Shown here piece by piece: positions 42,363 to 52,800 of a DNA stretch of 64,000 bases; the first letter of the stretch is position 1; the number at the start of each line of letters is the position of its first letter. Under the pieces are notes generated by a model. The model saw nothing but the letters and a program-made list of their open reading frames with translations. It searched no databases and had not been told where the DNA came from. The position numbers were made by a program, and so were the translations under genes. This stretch comes from a virus. The stretch covers positions 5,486 to 69,485 of the IMG/VR virus record IMGVR_UViG_3300034257_000053. One strand, written 5' to 3'.

Positions 42363-42788
42363 GTGGCCTCGTTCGGCACCGACGCCGAGACCGGCCGCGG
42401 GCTTTCCGATTTCGACCATGTCGTGCAGTCGATCGGGATCATCCTGACGACCGGCATCGGTGAGCGGATCATGCGCGAGTGGTTCGGCTATCCGGGCCTC
42501 GCGCTGCTTGGAGAACTCGCCAATGAGTTCACCATCATCCGCTTCTGGAATGCGGTGCTGACTGCGCTGACCGTGACGCAATTGAACGGACTGCCGACCG
42601 AGCCGCGCTTCCGCATCATCAAGATCGGCACCAGGACGATCGACCGTTCCGGCCTCTACGAATGCTCGATCGAGGGCCAATACATGCCGCGCGGTCATCT
42701 TGGGGACTTCACCGTCGAGGCGCGCCGCACCATCCGCGTGGTGCGCGAGGGGCAGGACGCCTTCCAGATCAGCGCGTTCGCGGTGTGA
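42363..42788 (+). CDS. Baseplate gp25/gpW-like protein
   Basis: TGR.L...HV.QSI..ILTT.IGERIMR..FG; EPR. Confidence 0.9.
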   Translation: MASFGTDAETGRGLSDFDHVVQSIGIILTTGIGERIMREWFGYPGLALLGELANEFTIIRFWNAVLTALTVTQLNGLPTEPRFRIIKIGTRTIDRSGLYECSIEGQYMPRGHLGDFTVEARRTIRVVREGQDAFQISAFAV

Positions 42789-42794
42789 TCGACG

Positions 42795-43712
42795 ATGGCA
42801 AGCCGATTCACGGCCGTCGACCTCTCGCAGTTGCCGCCGCCGCAACTGATCGAGGAACTCGACTACGAGGCCGTGCTCGCGGCCGCGAAGGCCTACGTGC
42901 TGGTGGTGTGGGAAGCGGTGCGCGCGCGCCGTCCCGACTTGCCGCCGCTCGACACGCTCGATCTCGAGCAAGAGCCGATCGCGATCGTGCTCCAGGCGCT
43001 CGCCTATCGCGAGCTTCTGCTGCGCGCGCTGGTCAACGACAAGGCACGCGCGGTGCTGCTCGCGAAGGCGGTCGGCACCGATCTTGAGCATATCGGTGTG
43101 TTCTTTGGCGTGAGCCGGATGCCGGCGGTGGAAAATCCGCGCGGCACCTCGGTAGAGTTTCCGCAGGATTTCGAGACTGACGATCGCCTGCGCCGGCGCA
43201 TCCAGCTCGCACCCGAGGCGTTCTCGGTCGCCGGTCCGGCCGGGGCTTACGAGTTTCACGCGATCACGTTGTCGATCGATATCGACGATGCGCACGCGTT
43301 CTCGCCCGAGGACGGGCACGTCACGCTGGTGCTCGCCGGCAAGGATGGCGAGCCCGTTTCGGATGGGATCATCGCCGCGGTGACGAACCGTCTGGCGCGC
43401 GACGACGTGCGGCCGCTGACCGACGTCGTCGTGGTTCGCCGCGCCGACATCGTGACCTATGACGTTGCGCTCGATCTGAAAATTCTGCGCGGACCGGATC
43501 CCGTGCTGATCGCGCTCGCGGCCGAGACATCGATCCGCAAATACGCTGCCGAGCGCTATCGCATCGGCGCGGAGGTCTATCGCGCCGGCATCATCGCGGC
43601 CGCGAAGGTCGCGGGCGTCGAGGATGTCACCACGAATTTCGCCGACGTGATCTGCGGCGACACCGAAATCCCCGTGCTTGGGGATGTGCCGATCACGACC
43701 ACCATCCTGTGA
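42795..43712 (+). CDS. Baseplate J protein
   Basis: DLSQLPPP.LIEELDYE, AYRELLLR, SVAGP.GAYEFHA, VRPLTD. Confidence 0.95.
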   Translation: MASRFTAVDLSQLPPPQLIEELDYEAVLAAAKAYVLVVWEAVRARRPDLPPLDTLDLEQEPIAIVLQALAYRELLLRALVNDKARAVLLAKAVGTDLEHIGVFFGVSRMPAVENPRGTSVEFPQDFETDDRLRRRIQLAPEAFSVAGPAGAYEFHAITLSIDIDDAHAFSPEDGHVTLVLAGKDGEPVSDGIIAAVTNRLARDDVRPLTDVVVVRRADIVTYDVALDLKILRGPDPVLIALAAETSIRKYAAERYRIGAEVYRAGIIAAAKVAGVEDVTTNFADVICGDTEIPVLGDVPITTTIL

Positions 43713-43721
43713 GAGGGCGCG

Positions 43722-44090
43722 ATGCCGATCACTTATTCAAATGCTTTTGCGGCCGCACGGCTGGAGGCTGTTCTCGATCTGCTGGCGGGCGGCAGTCTCG
43801 AGATCGGTACGGCCGGCTTCGGGGCCGTGCTGGCGCAGATCCCGCTCGCGAGCCCCGCGGGCAGCGTTACCAACAAGGTGCTGACGCTCACCATGCCGGC
43901 CTCCGACACCGACGCGAACGCGGACGGGACTGCGGCCGCCGCGCGGATCAAGGATTCGGGCGGGACCGCGCAGATCACAGGACTGACGGTCGGCGTGGCC
44001 GGCTCCGGCGCGGACATCATCATGAATTCGGTTGCGATCGCCGAGCACGCGGCGGTCACGATTTCTGCGGCCACCATCACGCATCCGTAG
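43722..44090 (+). CDS. Hypothetical virion protein
   Basis: A.A.GTA..ARI.DS.G; GAGGG RBS. Confidence 0.7.
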   Translation: MPITYSNAFAAARLEAVLDLLAGGSLEIGTAGFGAVLAQIPLASPAGSVTNKVLTLTMPASDTDANADGTAAAARIKDSGGTAQITGLTVGVAGSGADIIMNSVAIAEHAAVTISAATITHP

Positions 44091-44114
44091 CCGCGCGGCG
44101 GCAGAAGAAGGTCC

Positions 44115-46475
44115 GTGCCCGAGATCGTCATATTCCTGACCTCCGGGACGAATTTTGTCGTCCCGGCAGACTGGAATGATGCCAACAACAAAATTGAGTT
44201 GTGGGGCGCAGGCGCGAACGCATCGGGGGCTAGCGGCGGGCGTGGCGGCGGTGGTGGCGCGTTCGCGGCGGAGAACAATTACCCGCTGACCCCCGGCGCA
44301 AACATCACCTACCAGATCGGCGCGGTTAGCACGCTCGCTAGCGCTAACCGTACCTTCTTCAATAGCACGGCGATTGTCGCTGCTGGATCAGCAAATCATC
44401 TTGGGGGGACGACAACCAATTCAACCGGCACCATAAAGTTTGCTGGCGGCAACGGTGTTTTGGGCGCTAATGGTGCAGGCGGTGGAGCCGCTGGTCCGAA
44501 TGGGGCCGGTGGAAATGCAGTCACGACTACCGGCGGTACGGGAGATAACGGTTCGGGCGGCGCCGGAGGAGTGACGGCCGGCCAGAATGGCTCCCCGGGA
44601 GCGGAGCGGACCCAGACCAGCGATAGCGCAACGGCAGGGTCCGGCGGCGGTGGTGCTGGCGGCTCGGGGAATCCCGGAGGTTCGGGCGGGCTCTACGGCA
44701 GCGGCGGCGCTCACGGCACCTCGATAGGGTCCGGCCGCGCGGGCTTGATCGTCATCAGCTATACGCCGGCATCCAGCGACACGACCGGGACGCTGGCGGT
44801 CACCGAAGGCGCGGATACATTCGCCAGCGCCGGCGCGTCGTGGAGCGGCGCGCTCGCGGCGACGGAATCGGCGGATACGTTTGCGGCGCTTGGCGCGCTG
44901 TCATTCTCCGGCGCGTTCGCGGCGACCGAGGCGAGCGATGCCGGCGCCGCGGCCGCTACGCTGACGTTCCATGGCGACATGGCGGCGACCGAAGCGGGTG
45001 ACGTCGTCGCGGCGGCGGGGACGGTCTTCGGCGGACAGCTCGCGGCAGTTGAGACCGCCGACGGCTTTGCGGCAAATGCGCTGCTGTTCACGCAGGGCAA
45101 TTTTTCCGCCTCCGAGTTCGATGATATCGCGCAGTTCGCGGGCATCCTGGATTTTCGCGGCGCGCTGAATGTCATCGAGCCGGATGCGCCCGATACGGTG
45201 AGCGGCGCCGGGCATGTCTACATCGGCAGTCTCGCGGTGTCGGAAGCATCCGACGTCGCGGCCATGCGGCTGCTGACCTATCGGCGCTACGACGATCTGC
45301 TGCCGCAGAACGCGACGCCGCTGCTGCGCACCTTCGCGATGGCGATGGGGCGCATCCAGGACATTCCGGTCCCGATCGACACGGCCAAGCAGCCGTTGAT
45401 CGTGACGGCGTCGTTCCTGCCGTTCGTCGCCTGGGAATATTCGGTCGACGTCTGGTTCACCAAATGGCCGGAAGCGACGAAGCGCGCGATCGCGCAGCGC
45501 TCGATCCAACTGCACCAGCGCAAGGGTACGCTCTACGCGATCAGCGAATATATCCGGTACGCCGGCGGCGTGGTGCTGGGCGTCACCCGGCCGCCGATGA
45601 CGGTGTTCTCCGGTCCGTCGCTCACCCGCGCGCAGCGCCAGGCCTGGCTTGCAACGCTGCCGCAGGTGCGCGTGTGGCTGATCCGCGAAGAGGCCCGCTT
45701 CGGTCCCGCGAAGGCGTTTCATGGCTGCCAGCGCGGCGGCCTGTTCGTCGAGCGGTCCTATGCGGTTCCCTCGACCGCGCTGTCGCGCCTGCGGCGCCGC
45801 GCGCGCTGGGTCGTCGATGGCGTCGAGACCGACGTGCCGGTCAAGACGTTCGACAGCTATTACCGGCTGCACCTGCGCAGCACGGAAGGGCGCTCGGTCT
45901 TCGTCTCGCGTCCGTTCGGCCGGCGGTTCTTCATTCCGTCGAGTGCCTGGCGCCGTCTTGTCACGATCCGGCCGCAAGCGCGGCTGCCGTGGCGATCGCC
46001 GTCGGGCCCGACGCTCACGCCCGTGAGCAACGAGCCCGAACGCATCAAGGTCGCGGGCAATCGCGGCCGCAGCGTGTTCGAGAACATGACGATCGGGGGT
46101 TACTTCGTTCCTTCGAGCGCGAAGTACCGCATCTTCGATCGCTTCGCGGTGCACGACGGATCGCGTCCGCTGCGCAACCCGGCCTGCCAGTTCATGGGAA
46201 CCGGCCGCTACGGCTTCCCGATGCACACGGCGTGGCTGCGCCTCTCGGTGCCGGGCAAGGCCTCGCCTCGTGCGGCCGGCCGCGGTTTCTTTACGCCGCG
46301 CACCAAGTTCTGGCTGCCGCATGACGGTGAGCCGTTGCAGCGCGTTCGCCGTGCGGCGCAAAGCGCGAAACGCTTGAGCGACCGCGTGCTCCTCGACATC
46401 GGGCCGAAACCGCGACTGATCGCGGGGCGGCCTTTCATAGCCGGCACCGACCGCTTCGTGGTCGGCCGACCCTAG
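44115..46475 (+). CDS. Glycine-rich/repeat domain fused to P2 gpI-like tail protein
   Basis: N-terminal WGAG..G Gly-rich region and E..D..A..G repeats; LLPQNAT, LPF.AWE.SVD.W, H.RKGT. Confidence 0.8.
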   Translation: MPEIVIFLTSGTNFVVPADWNDANNKIELWGAGANASGASGGRGGGGGAFAAENNYPLTPGANITYQIGAVSTLASANRTFFNSTAIVAAGSANHLGGTTTNSTGTIKFAGGNGVLGANGAGGGAAGPNGAGGNAVTTTGGTGDNGSGGAGGVTAGQNGSPGAERTQTSDSATAGSGGGGAGGSGNPGGSGGLYGSGGAHGTSIGSGRAGLIVISYTPASSDTTGTLAVTEGADTFASAGASWSGALAATESADTFAALGALSFSGAFAATEASDAGAAAATLTFHGDMAATEAGDVVAAAGTVFGGQLAAVETADGFAANALLFTQGNFSASEFDDIAQFAGILDFRGALNVIEPDAPDTVSGAGHVYIGSLAVSEASDVAAMRLLTYRRYDDLLPQNATPLLRTFAMAMGRIQDIPVPIDTAKQPLIVTASFLPFVAWEYSVDVWFTKWPEATKRAIAQRSIQLHQRKGTLYAISEYIRYAGGVVLGVTRPPMTVFSGPSLTRAQRQAWLATLPQVRVWLIREEARFGPAKAFHGCQRGGLFVERSYAVPSTALSRLRRRARWVVDGVETDVPVKTFDSYYRLHLRSTEGRSVFVSRPFGRRFFIPSSAWRRLVTIRPQARLPWRSPSGPTLTPVSNEPERIKVAGNRGRSVFENMTIGGYFVPSSAKYRIFDRFAVHDGSRPLRNPACQFMGTGRYGFPMHTAWLRLSVPGKASPRAAGRGFFTPRTKFWLPHDGEPLQRVRRAAQSAKRLSDRVLLDIGPKPRLIAGRPFIAGTDRFVVGRP

Positions 46476-46547
46476 TTTCGTGGTCGCATTTCCTGCGGCG
46501 AACCGGCTCCCACTTCGCCGGGAACTGCTCCTTAGACGAGGACCGTG

Positions 46548-48839
46548 ATGGAACGCCAGATCATCTTCCGCGACTTTCAGGAACAGCAGTCGGCCGACCA
46601 CAACGACATGCAGACCTTCGGGCGCCGTTCGCTCGACAGCGTCGTGAAGGATGCGGTCACGGCGGCGCGGCGGTTTGCCGGCTTCGCGGTCGTGAAGTCG
46701 GCGCAGGCCGAGATCACGGTGGCGCCCGGGCGCATGTATGGCCCGAGCGACGTGCAGACCGAGACCGGAACCGCCGTCTATGCGCGCAACTCCGCCGTCG
46801 TGCAGTCGGTGGTGCAGTTTCTGCCCGCCGCGGCGAAGCGCATCGTCTCGATTTCTGCCTCCGGCGTCGAGAACGAGACCGATATCGCGGAACGCGACTT
46901 CCTGGTGAATGTCGAGACCGGGCAGACCGAGCCCGACGCCGTGCCGATGGTGCGCTCGCGCGACGCCGTGATTTCGTTCACGCAAGGCTCGGAAGCCGCC
47001 GATCCGCAGCCGCCGGCGTTGCCGGTGACGCATGTCGAGATCGCGCGCGTGCTGCTCGACAATCTCCAGGTCGTCTCGGTCACCATGATGGAGGCGAACA
47101 AGGTCGTCTCGACCGACGCCCTCGATCACCGCACCGACGGGCTCGAGGACTTCCGCGACCGCATCGGCCCGCGCGTCGACAGTCTGGCGTCGGATCTTGC
47201 AGCGCTCGCCAATGCCTTGAAAACCAAGGGGCAGGCGCGGGCCATCACGCAACTCTATCAGGACGTCGCGCGCCTGAAGGATATCGCGCGCCTTCCCGAC
47301 GACGCCTCGGACTACGGCGCCGACCGGTTTCTCGTCACGGATGAAAGCGACATCACCAACAGCGCGAGCCTCGGTTATGACGCGCTGGTCGAGGAGGGCT
47401 TGCGCTTTCCGGCGGCGAACGAGGACGAGTTCGAACTCGACATTTTCAGCGCCAACGACCCGAACGCCGCCAAGCAGGGCGGCCTGCTGCTGCCGGCCTA
47501 CGATCACGAACTCAAGCTCGCGATCGACACCTTCGACAGCGACCTCGGCATGGCGCAATACGGCTTCCAGTCGATCGATATCGTGCAGCGCTCGATGTCG
47601 CGGCAGCGGTTGCGCTACGGCTCGATCTTCACGTCCTGCTCGAATTCGGCGTGGTGGCAATCCGGCACCTACGACTCCGCGGCCGGCACGTTCGCAAAGG
47701 ATGGCGAGACGTTCGAGGTGCTCGACTTCGACCGGCACACGGCGGACGGACAGCATGTCTGGATTCGCATGCGGCAGGTCTGGGTCGACAGCTATCAGGA
47801 GCCCTATTGGGACTACGTGAAAACCGACTTCGCGATCGTCGGCGCGCAGGTTGCGCAGAGCTTCCTGTGCGCGAACGACACGTGGATGACCAAGTTCGGC
47901 TTCTATCTCACCGTCAAGGCGGCGAACGAAGCCGTGCACGTGACGATCGCCGAAGTGATCAGCGGCGTTCCCGATCTCGAAAAGGCGGTGTTGCACCAGA
48001 CCGTGCCGCACGGCGATCTCGAGGTGAACGGCTGGACCGAAGTGGCCTGCATGCCGACCTTCCTCAAGTCCGGCAAGCGCTACGCGATGGTGCTGACGTC
48101 GAATGCGAACCACAAGGTCGGGCTCGCCAGCGGCCAGCGCTATCTCGACGGCACGTTCTTCTTCTCGACCGACGGCGCCTACTACATCGGCGACCTCACC
48201 AAGGACATGATGCTGCGCATCTACGGCGCCCGGTTCCGCGCGCCGCAGGTGACGATCGAGCTCGAGGCGATCAATCTCGACGGCGGCATCCGCACCATCG
48301 ACATCCTGGCGCCGATGATCGTGCCGGCATCGACGAACCTGGTGTTCGAGGTACAGCCGGGCGGATCGGGAGCCTGGATTGCGCTTACGTCGGACGACCT
48401 CACGGCCTTCGCCTCGACGCCCCCGCTCGCACATTTCCGTGTCCGGTTCGTCGGGACGCGCGACATCATGCCGGGCCTGATGCTCACCGGCTCGCGGGCG
48501 AAGATCGCGCGGCCGAAGGTCGCCTTCAAGCACGTGTCGACCCTGATCACGCTGGCCGCTGCCAGCGACAACATCACGGTGATCTATACGCTCGAGGGTT
48601 TCGACGAGACGCCGCACGATTTTGCGGTCCTGCTGCGCCAGGGCGCGACCAACGAGACGGCGGACACCATCAGCACCAAGGCGCTGCCGGATCTGCCCAA
48701 TGTCGGCGGCCGGTGGGAGCGGACCTTCAACTACCAGCTCGGCGCGCCGATCACGACGTTCCGCCTGATCGCGGACGGCGCGACCAACTCCGCCGGCAAC
48801 ACCTTTCACGCCGCCGAGCGCGTGCACTTCGCGCAGTAA
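46548..48839 (+). CDS. Large baseplate/tail structural protein
   Basis: 763-aa ORF with strong codon bias between gpI and the tail fibre. Confidence 0.7.
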   Translation: MERQIIFRDFQEQQSADHNDMQTFGRRSLDSVVKDAVTAARRFAGFAVVKSAQAEITVAPGRMYGPSDVQTETGTAVYARNSAVVQSVVQFLPAAAKRIVSISASGVENETDIAERDFLVNVETGQTEPDAVPMVRSRDAVISFTQGSEAADPQPPALPVTHVEIARVLLDNLQVVSVTMMEANKVVSTDALDHRTDGLEDFRDRIGPRVDSLASDLAALANALKTKGQARAITQLYQDVARLKDIARLPDDASDYGADRFLVTDESDITNSASLGYDALVEEGLRFPAANEDEFELDIFSANDPNAAKQGGLLLPAYDHELKLAIDTFDSDLGMAQYGFQSIDIVQRSMSRQRLRYGSIFTSCSNSAWWQSGTYDSAAGTFAKDGETFEVLDFDRHTADGQHVWIRMRQVWVDSYQEPYWDYVKTDFAIVGAQVAQSFLCANDTWMTKFGFYLTVKAANEAVHVTIAEVISGVPDLEKAVLHQTVPHGDLEVNGWTEVACMPTFLKSGKRYAMVLTSNANHKVGLASGQRYLDGTFFFSTDGAYYIGDLTKDMMLRIYGARFRAPQVTIELEAINLDGGIRTIDILAPMIVPASTNLVFEVQPGGSGAWIALTSDDLTAFASTPPLAHFRVRFVGTRDIMPGLMLTGSRAKIARPKVAFKHVSTLITLAAASDNITVIYTLEGFDETPHDFAVLLRQGATNETADTISTKALPDLPNVGGRWERTFNYQLGAPITTFRLIADGATNSAGNTFHAAERVHFAQ

Positions 48840-48851
48840 CAGGGGCCACCC

Positions 48852-49043
48852 ATGGCAAAAAACGACGGCAAGAAGCCGGCTGAAGGCGCGACATTCGAGC
48901 CCGAGGCGCAATACCGCGTCAAGCTCAACAAGCGCGTGGATCTCGGCAAGGGCAAGTATCTGTTCCCTGGCGAGGACAATGTCGTGAAGGGCAAGGTCGC
49001 GCAGGGCTTTGGCGACGCGATCGAAAGCGCCGAGCGGATCTGA
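48852..49043 (+). CDS. Small hypothetical protein
   Basis: AGGGG RBS; fills the gap between flanking genes. Confidence 0.65.
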   Translation: MAKNDGKKPAEGATFEPEAQYRVKLNKRVDLGKGKYLFPGEDNVVKGKVAQGFGDAIESAERI

Positions 49044-49046
49044 CGC

Positions 49047-50660
49047 ATGCCGCAGCGTTTCGAGCCGTCCTACAAGGTCACGCGCGGCGACAACCTGGGC
49101 GATCCGGAGTTCTGGAATCGCCGTTTTCAGGATGTCGATCTGCGCCTGGCCTCGCGCGAAAGCGATGCCGAGAACCTCGCGCGGGCGGCCGACATCCTGC
49201 TTGCGGTCGGACTGCAGCGGCTCAACGACACCTTTACGCCGCTCATTCTGGAGGCGCGCACGCAGCTCGCCAACTTCGGCGTGCTGTTCACGGCCGTTTC
49301 CGACAGCAATGTCACGATCGGGCTTGGCGAGAAGTCGTTCGTTCTGAGCGAGGATAGCGGCCCCGCCTTCGTCTTTACCGATTATGCCTATGCGCGCGCG
49401 ACCGGGGATGAGACCGCCGGCGTGGTCGGGCGCGTCTTGTCCTACGACAAGGAAGCGCGGCTCCTGACCCTCGACGTGGTGCTGGTCGACGGTACGGGAA
49501 CATTCGATAGCTGGGACATCGGGCCGTCGGTGAAGCCCGACACGGTGCACGCAACGCGCACCGACAACCCGCATCAGACCACCGCCGCGCAGGTTGGCAG
49601 CTATACGACAGAACAAGTCGACGCGTTCATCAGCGGCATCGACCTCGCGCTGGCGCTGCTCGCGCCGAAGAACAGCCCCGTGTTCACGGGCGCGCCGCAG
49701 GGCCCGACGCCGCCGAGCAATGAAAACTCGGCGCGGTTCGCGACGACGGGGTGGGCGGTCAACTACGTCAACGCACGCATCGCCGAGATCGTCGGTGCGG
49801 CGCCTGGCTCGCTCGATACGCTCGCCGAACTCGCGGCCGCGCTCAATGCTAACCCGGCGCAGATCGACGATATCCTGACGGCGTTGAGCAACCGGCTGCG
49901 CTTCGATGCCGCCGATGTGCTCGACACGACCGAGCGCACGCGCCTGTTCGACAATCTGAGCCTCGTTACGGCGGTCAAGTCGCTTTTGGCCGCGGCCGAC
50001 CAGGCCGGCATGCGCACGGCGATGGGCCTCGGCAGCGCCGCGACGCACGCCCATGCCGAGTACCAACCAGCCGGCAACTACCAGATCGCCGGGAACTACG
50101 CTAACGGAGTGTTTCACAATTTCACCGGAGGCATTCACGCCGCCGGTGTTTTAACTACTACAGCATTATATTTTGAAAACACCAGCTTGTTAATTCAGTT
50201 TCGAGGAGACCTTGGCGCCCTCTACACGCCGAACGGATGGTATGTCGACAACAACATCCACGCGACGGGAGGCATCTCCTGCGGTGGCGTCAAGTCGTTC
50301 AAGATCCCGCACCCGACGCAAGCGCAGCACGACCTTGTGCACGTCTGCCTCGAAGGTCCGGAAGCCGCGGTGTTCTATCGCGGCAAGGGCCGGCTCACGA
50401 ATGGCGTCGCCCGGATCGAGTTGCCGCGGTATTTCACTGCCCTCGTCGATGAGGCGAGCATCACGGTTGGCGTGACGCCGATCTGGGAAAACGGCCGGGC
50501 GGGCGATCTTGCTCCCGAGCCGGTGGTCGACGGCGTGCTTGTGGTGCACGCGCGGAATGCGGAATGCCCTGACGATCAACTGTTCGACTGGCGCGTCGAG
50601 GCAACCCGCACGGACGTGCCGCCCCTCGAGGTCGAGCCGGTCAGCACCGGCACAATCTGA
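49047..50660 (+). CDS. Tail fibre protein
   Basis: DNPH.TTA.QVG, AP..SP.FTG.P..PT, AP..LDTL.ELAAAL, K.F.I.HP...L.H...EGPE. Confidence 0.85.
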   Translation: MPQRFEPSYKVTRGDNLGDPEFWNRRFQDVDLRLASRESDAENLARAADILLAVGLQRLNDTFTPLILEARTQLANFGVLFTAVSDSNVTIGLGEKSFVLSEDSGPAFVFTDYAYARATGDETAGVVGRVLSYDKEARLLTLDVVLVDGTGTFDSWDIGPSVKPDTVHATRTDNPHQTTAAQVGSYTTEQVDAFISGIDLALALLAPKNSPVFTGAPQGPTPPSNENSARFATTGWAVNYVNARIAEIVGAAPGSLDTLAELAAALNANPAQIDDILTALSNRLRFDAADVLDTTERTRLFDNLSLVTAVKSLLAAADQAGMRTAMGLGSAATHAHAEYQPAGNYQIAGNYANGVFHNFTGGIHAAGVLTTTALYFENTSLLIQFRGDLGALYTPNGWYVDNNIHATGGISCGGVKSFKIPHPTQAQHDLVHVCLEGPEAAVFYRGKGRLTNGVARIELPRYFTALVDEASITVGVTPIWENGRAGDLAPEPVVDGVLVVHARNAECPDDQLFDWRVEATRTDVPPLEVEPVSTGTI

Positions 50661-50666
50661 AATTCC

Positions 50667-50692
50667 GAAGGGCCGCTGCGGCGGCTTCTTTC
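50667..50692 (+). terminator. Possible intrinsic terminator
   Basis: AAGGGCCGC-TGCG-GCGGCTTCTT followed by a short T run. Confidence 0.4.
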
Positions 50693-50708
50693 ACACTGGA
50701 GAGACGCA

Positions 50709-52199
50709 ATGACCGACCTCATCGTTGGTATCAAACACGTACGCGATGAAATCGAGATCCTTCCCATCGCCGGGATCGAGATGTCGGTTGCCGGCTTCAT
50801 CGGCACGGCGCCGGATGCGGATGAGGACGCCTTCCCGCTCAATACCGCGATCTATCTGACGACCAATATGGCGGCGGAGATCGTGCTGCTCGGCGACACC
50901 GGCACGCTTCCCGATGCAATCCGCGGCGTCACCGACCAGCTCGGTGTCGATCAGCGCGCCGCGCGCATCGTGATCGTGCGCGTCGAGGAAGGTCCCGATG
51001 TTGCCCAGACGATCGGCAACATCATCGGCGAGGAGGACGACAAGACCGGCATCTGGGCCTTCCTCGACTCCGCGACGGTGCTCGGCGTCACGCCGCGGCT
51101 CTGCGCCGCTCCCGGCTTCACCTCGCAGCGCTACGCGCCGCTGGAGAACCCGGTGATCAGCAATGGCGGCACCGGCTACAGCGGCACCATCAACGTCGTG
51201 TTCACCGGCGGCACGCCGGTCCGCCCGGCCGCGGCGACCGCCGTTCTGGCGACCGGCGTGGTGACAGGCTTCACCTGGACCGATCGCGGTCTCTACACCA
51301 CACCCCCGGCGATCAGCCTGTCCGGCGGTGGCGGCACCGGCTTTGCCGCCACGGTCACGCTGGACGATCTGGCAAACCCGGTGTGCGCGGCGATCCCCAC
51401 TATTCTCGACCGCATGCGCGCGATGTTCATTGCAGACGGCCCGGCCTCAAGCCGGCAGGCCTGGATCGACTGGCGCGAGACCATCCAGTCGGACCGCATC
51501 ATTCCGCTCGCGATCGACGTCAAGATCGCGATCGGCGATGGCAGCATCGTGGTGAAGCCGGCGAGCCCGCGCGTGATCGGCATCGGCATTCGCCGGGATC
51601 ACGAGTTCGACGGCCGTCCGTTCCATTCCTGGGCGAACCAGCCGGTGCGCGGCATTGTCGGCCCGTCGCGGCCGATCGCCTTCTCGCTGACCGATGGCGC
51701 GGTCGAGGCGCAGGATCTGATCTCGCGCAATGCCGGCGTGATCGTGCGCGGCGAATCCGGCGTGGAGGACGCCATCGCCGAGGGCGGTTTCGTGTTCTGG
51801 GGTACGGACACCTGCTCGGAAGATCCGCTGTGGATGTTCTATCACGTGATGCGCGGCCGCGATTACATCGAGCTCGGCCAGATCAAGACGCTGCGCTTCT
51901 ATCTCGGCCGTTTCAACATCACGACGCAGACGGTGCAGGCCATCCTCAATACGATGGACAGCGGCCTTTCGATCCTGCGCGCGCGAGGCGACATCCTCGA
52001 CTACCGCGTCGGGTTCGAGGCCGACAAAAACTCACCGGAGGAACTGCGTGTCGGTCATGTGCAGGTGATGTTCCGCGCCGAGGAGCCGCCGGTGCTGCGC
52101 AAGATCATCATCTCCTCGCGCCGCTACCGCGAGGCGCTGGTCAACCTCACGCGCACGATCGCCACGCAACTCAGCAGCGTCGGCACGACCAACTTCTAG
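50709..52199 (+). CDS. Tail sheath protein
   Basis: GFIGTAPDA, FPLNT, GVTPRL.AAPGF, SWAN..V.G, GF.FWG..T. Confidence 0.93.
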   Translation: MTDLIVGIKHVRDEIEILPIAGIEMSVAGFIGTAPDADEDAFPLNTAIYLTTNMAAEIVLLGDTGTLPDAIRGVTDQLGVDQRAARIVIVRVEEGPDVAQTIGNIIGEEDDKTGIWAFLDSATVLGVTPRLCAAPGFTSQRYAPLENPVISNGGTGYSGTINVVFTGGTPVRPAAATAVLATGVVTGFTWTDRGLYTTPPAISLSGGGGTGFAATVTLDDLANPVCAAIPTILDRMRAMFIADGPASSRQAWIDWRETIQSDRIIPLAIDVKIAIGDGSIVVKPASPRVIGIGIRRDHEFDGRPFHSWANQPVRGIVGPSRPIAFSLTDGAVEAQDLISRNAGVIVRGESGVEDAIAEGGFVFWGTDTCSEDPLWMFYHVMRGRDYIELGQIKTLRFYLGRFNITTQTVQAILNTMDSGLSILRARGDILDYRVGFEADKNSPEELRVGHVQVMFRAEEPPVLRKIIISSRRYREALVNLTRTIATQLSSVGTTNF

Positions 52200-52240
52200 C
52201 CGCCGCGCCGCACCAGGACCCGCTCACCGGAGACACGACG

Positions 52241-52783
52241 ATGGCCGTCAGCACGATCTACGAACTCGACATGGCGAACCTGTTCGCCGGCGACGACGAT
52301 CCCACGAAGTCGCAGTTCATGGTCATCGAGACCATCAAGCTGCCAATGCTGCAGGAAAAGACCAAGGAGCATATGCCGGGCGGCGGCGTCATGGGCGTGA
52401 AGATCGGCATGCGCGCGATCGAACCGCTCGAGGTCACCTTCAAGCTGCGCGGCTTCAATCCGGACGTGATGAATAAGTTCGGCCTTTCGAGCCCGCACCG
52501 GCATCGGTACACGATCCGCGGCAGCGTGCGTGACCTGCGCGAGGGCAATTCGTTCCCGGTGGTTGCCGTCGTCGAGGGCCGCCTGGTGAAGGTGGCGGCC
52601 GACGACTTCCGGCGCGAGGACGGCATCGCGCACGACTACGAGATCGCGGAGATCATGAAGTATCAACTGATGTGGAACAATCAGGAGAAGTATTACATCG
52701 ACTTCTTCGCGGGGCCGATCGGCTGGCGCGTCGACGGCAGGGTCGCCTTCCAGCAGGAAGCGGCGCATCTCGGTCTTTCGTAA
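52241..52783 (+). CDS. Tail tube protein (P2 FII-like)
   Basis: NLF, IKLP.L, GG, EPLE.TFKL.G; follows the sheath gene. Confidence 0.88.
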   Translation: MAVSTIYELDMANLFAGDDDPTKSQFMVIETIKLPMLQEKTKEHMPGGGVMGVKIGMRAIEPLEVTFKLRGFNPDVMNKFGLSSPHRHRYTIRGSVRDLREGNSFPVVAVVEGRLVKVAADDFRREDGIAHDYEIAEIMKYQLMWNNQEKYYIDFFAGPIGWRVDGRVAFQQEAAHLGLS

Positions 52784-52800
52784 CGGAGGCGCGTTGAAGC

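Noticed and set aside
44901-50138. 1745-aa minus-strand ORF and other long antisense ORFs (e.g. 15340-17625, 53320-55512)
   Set aside because: Shadow frames opposite well-supported genes in high-GC DNA, with no recognisable motifs
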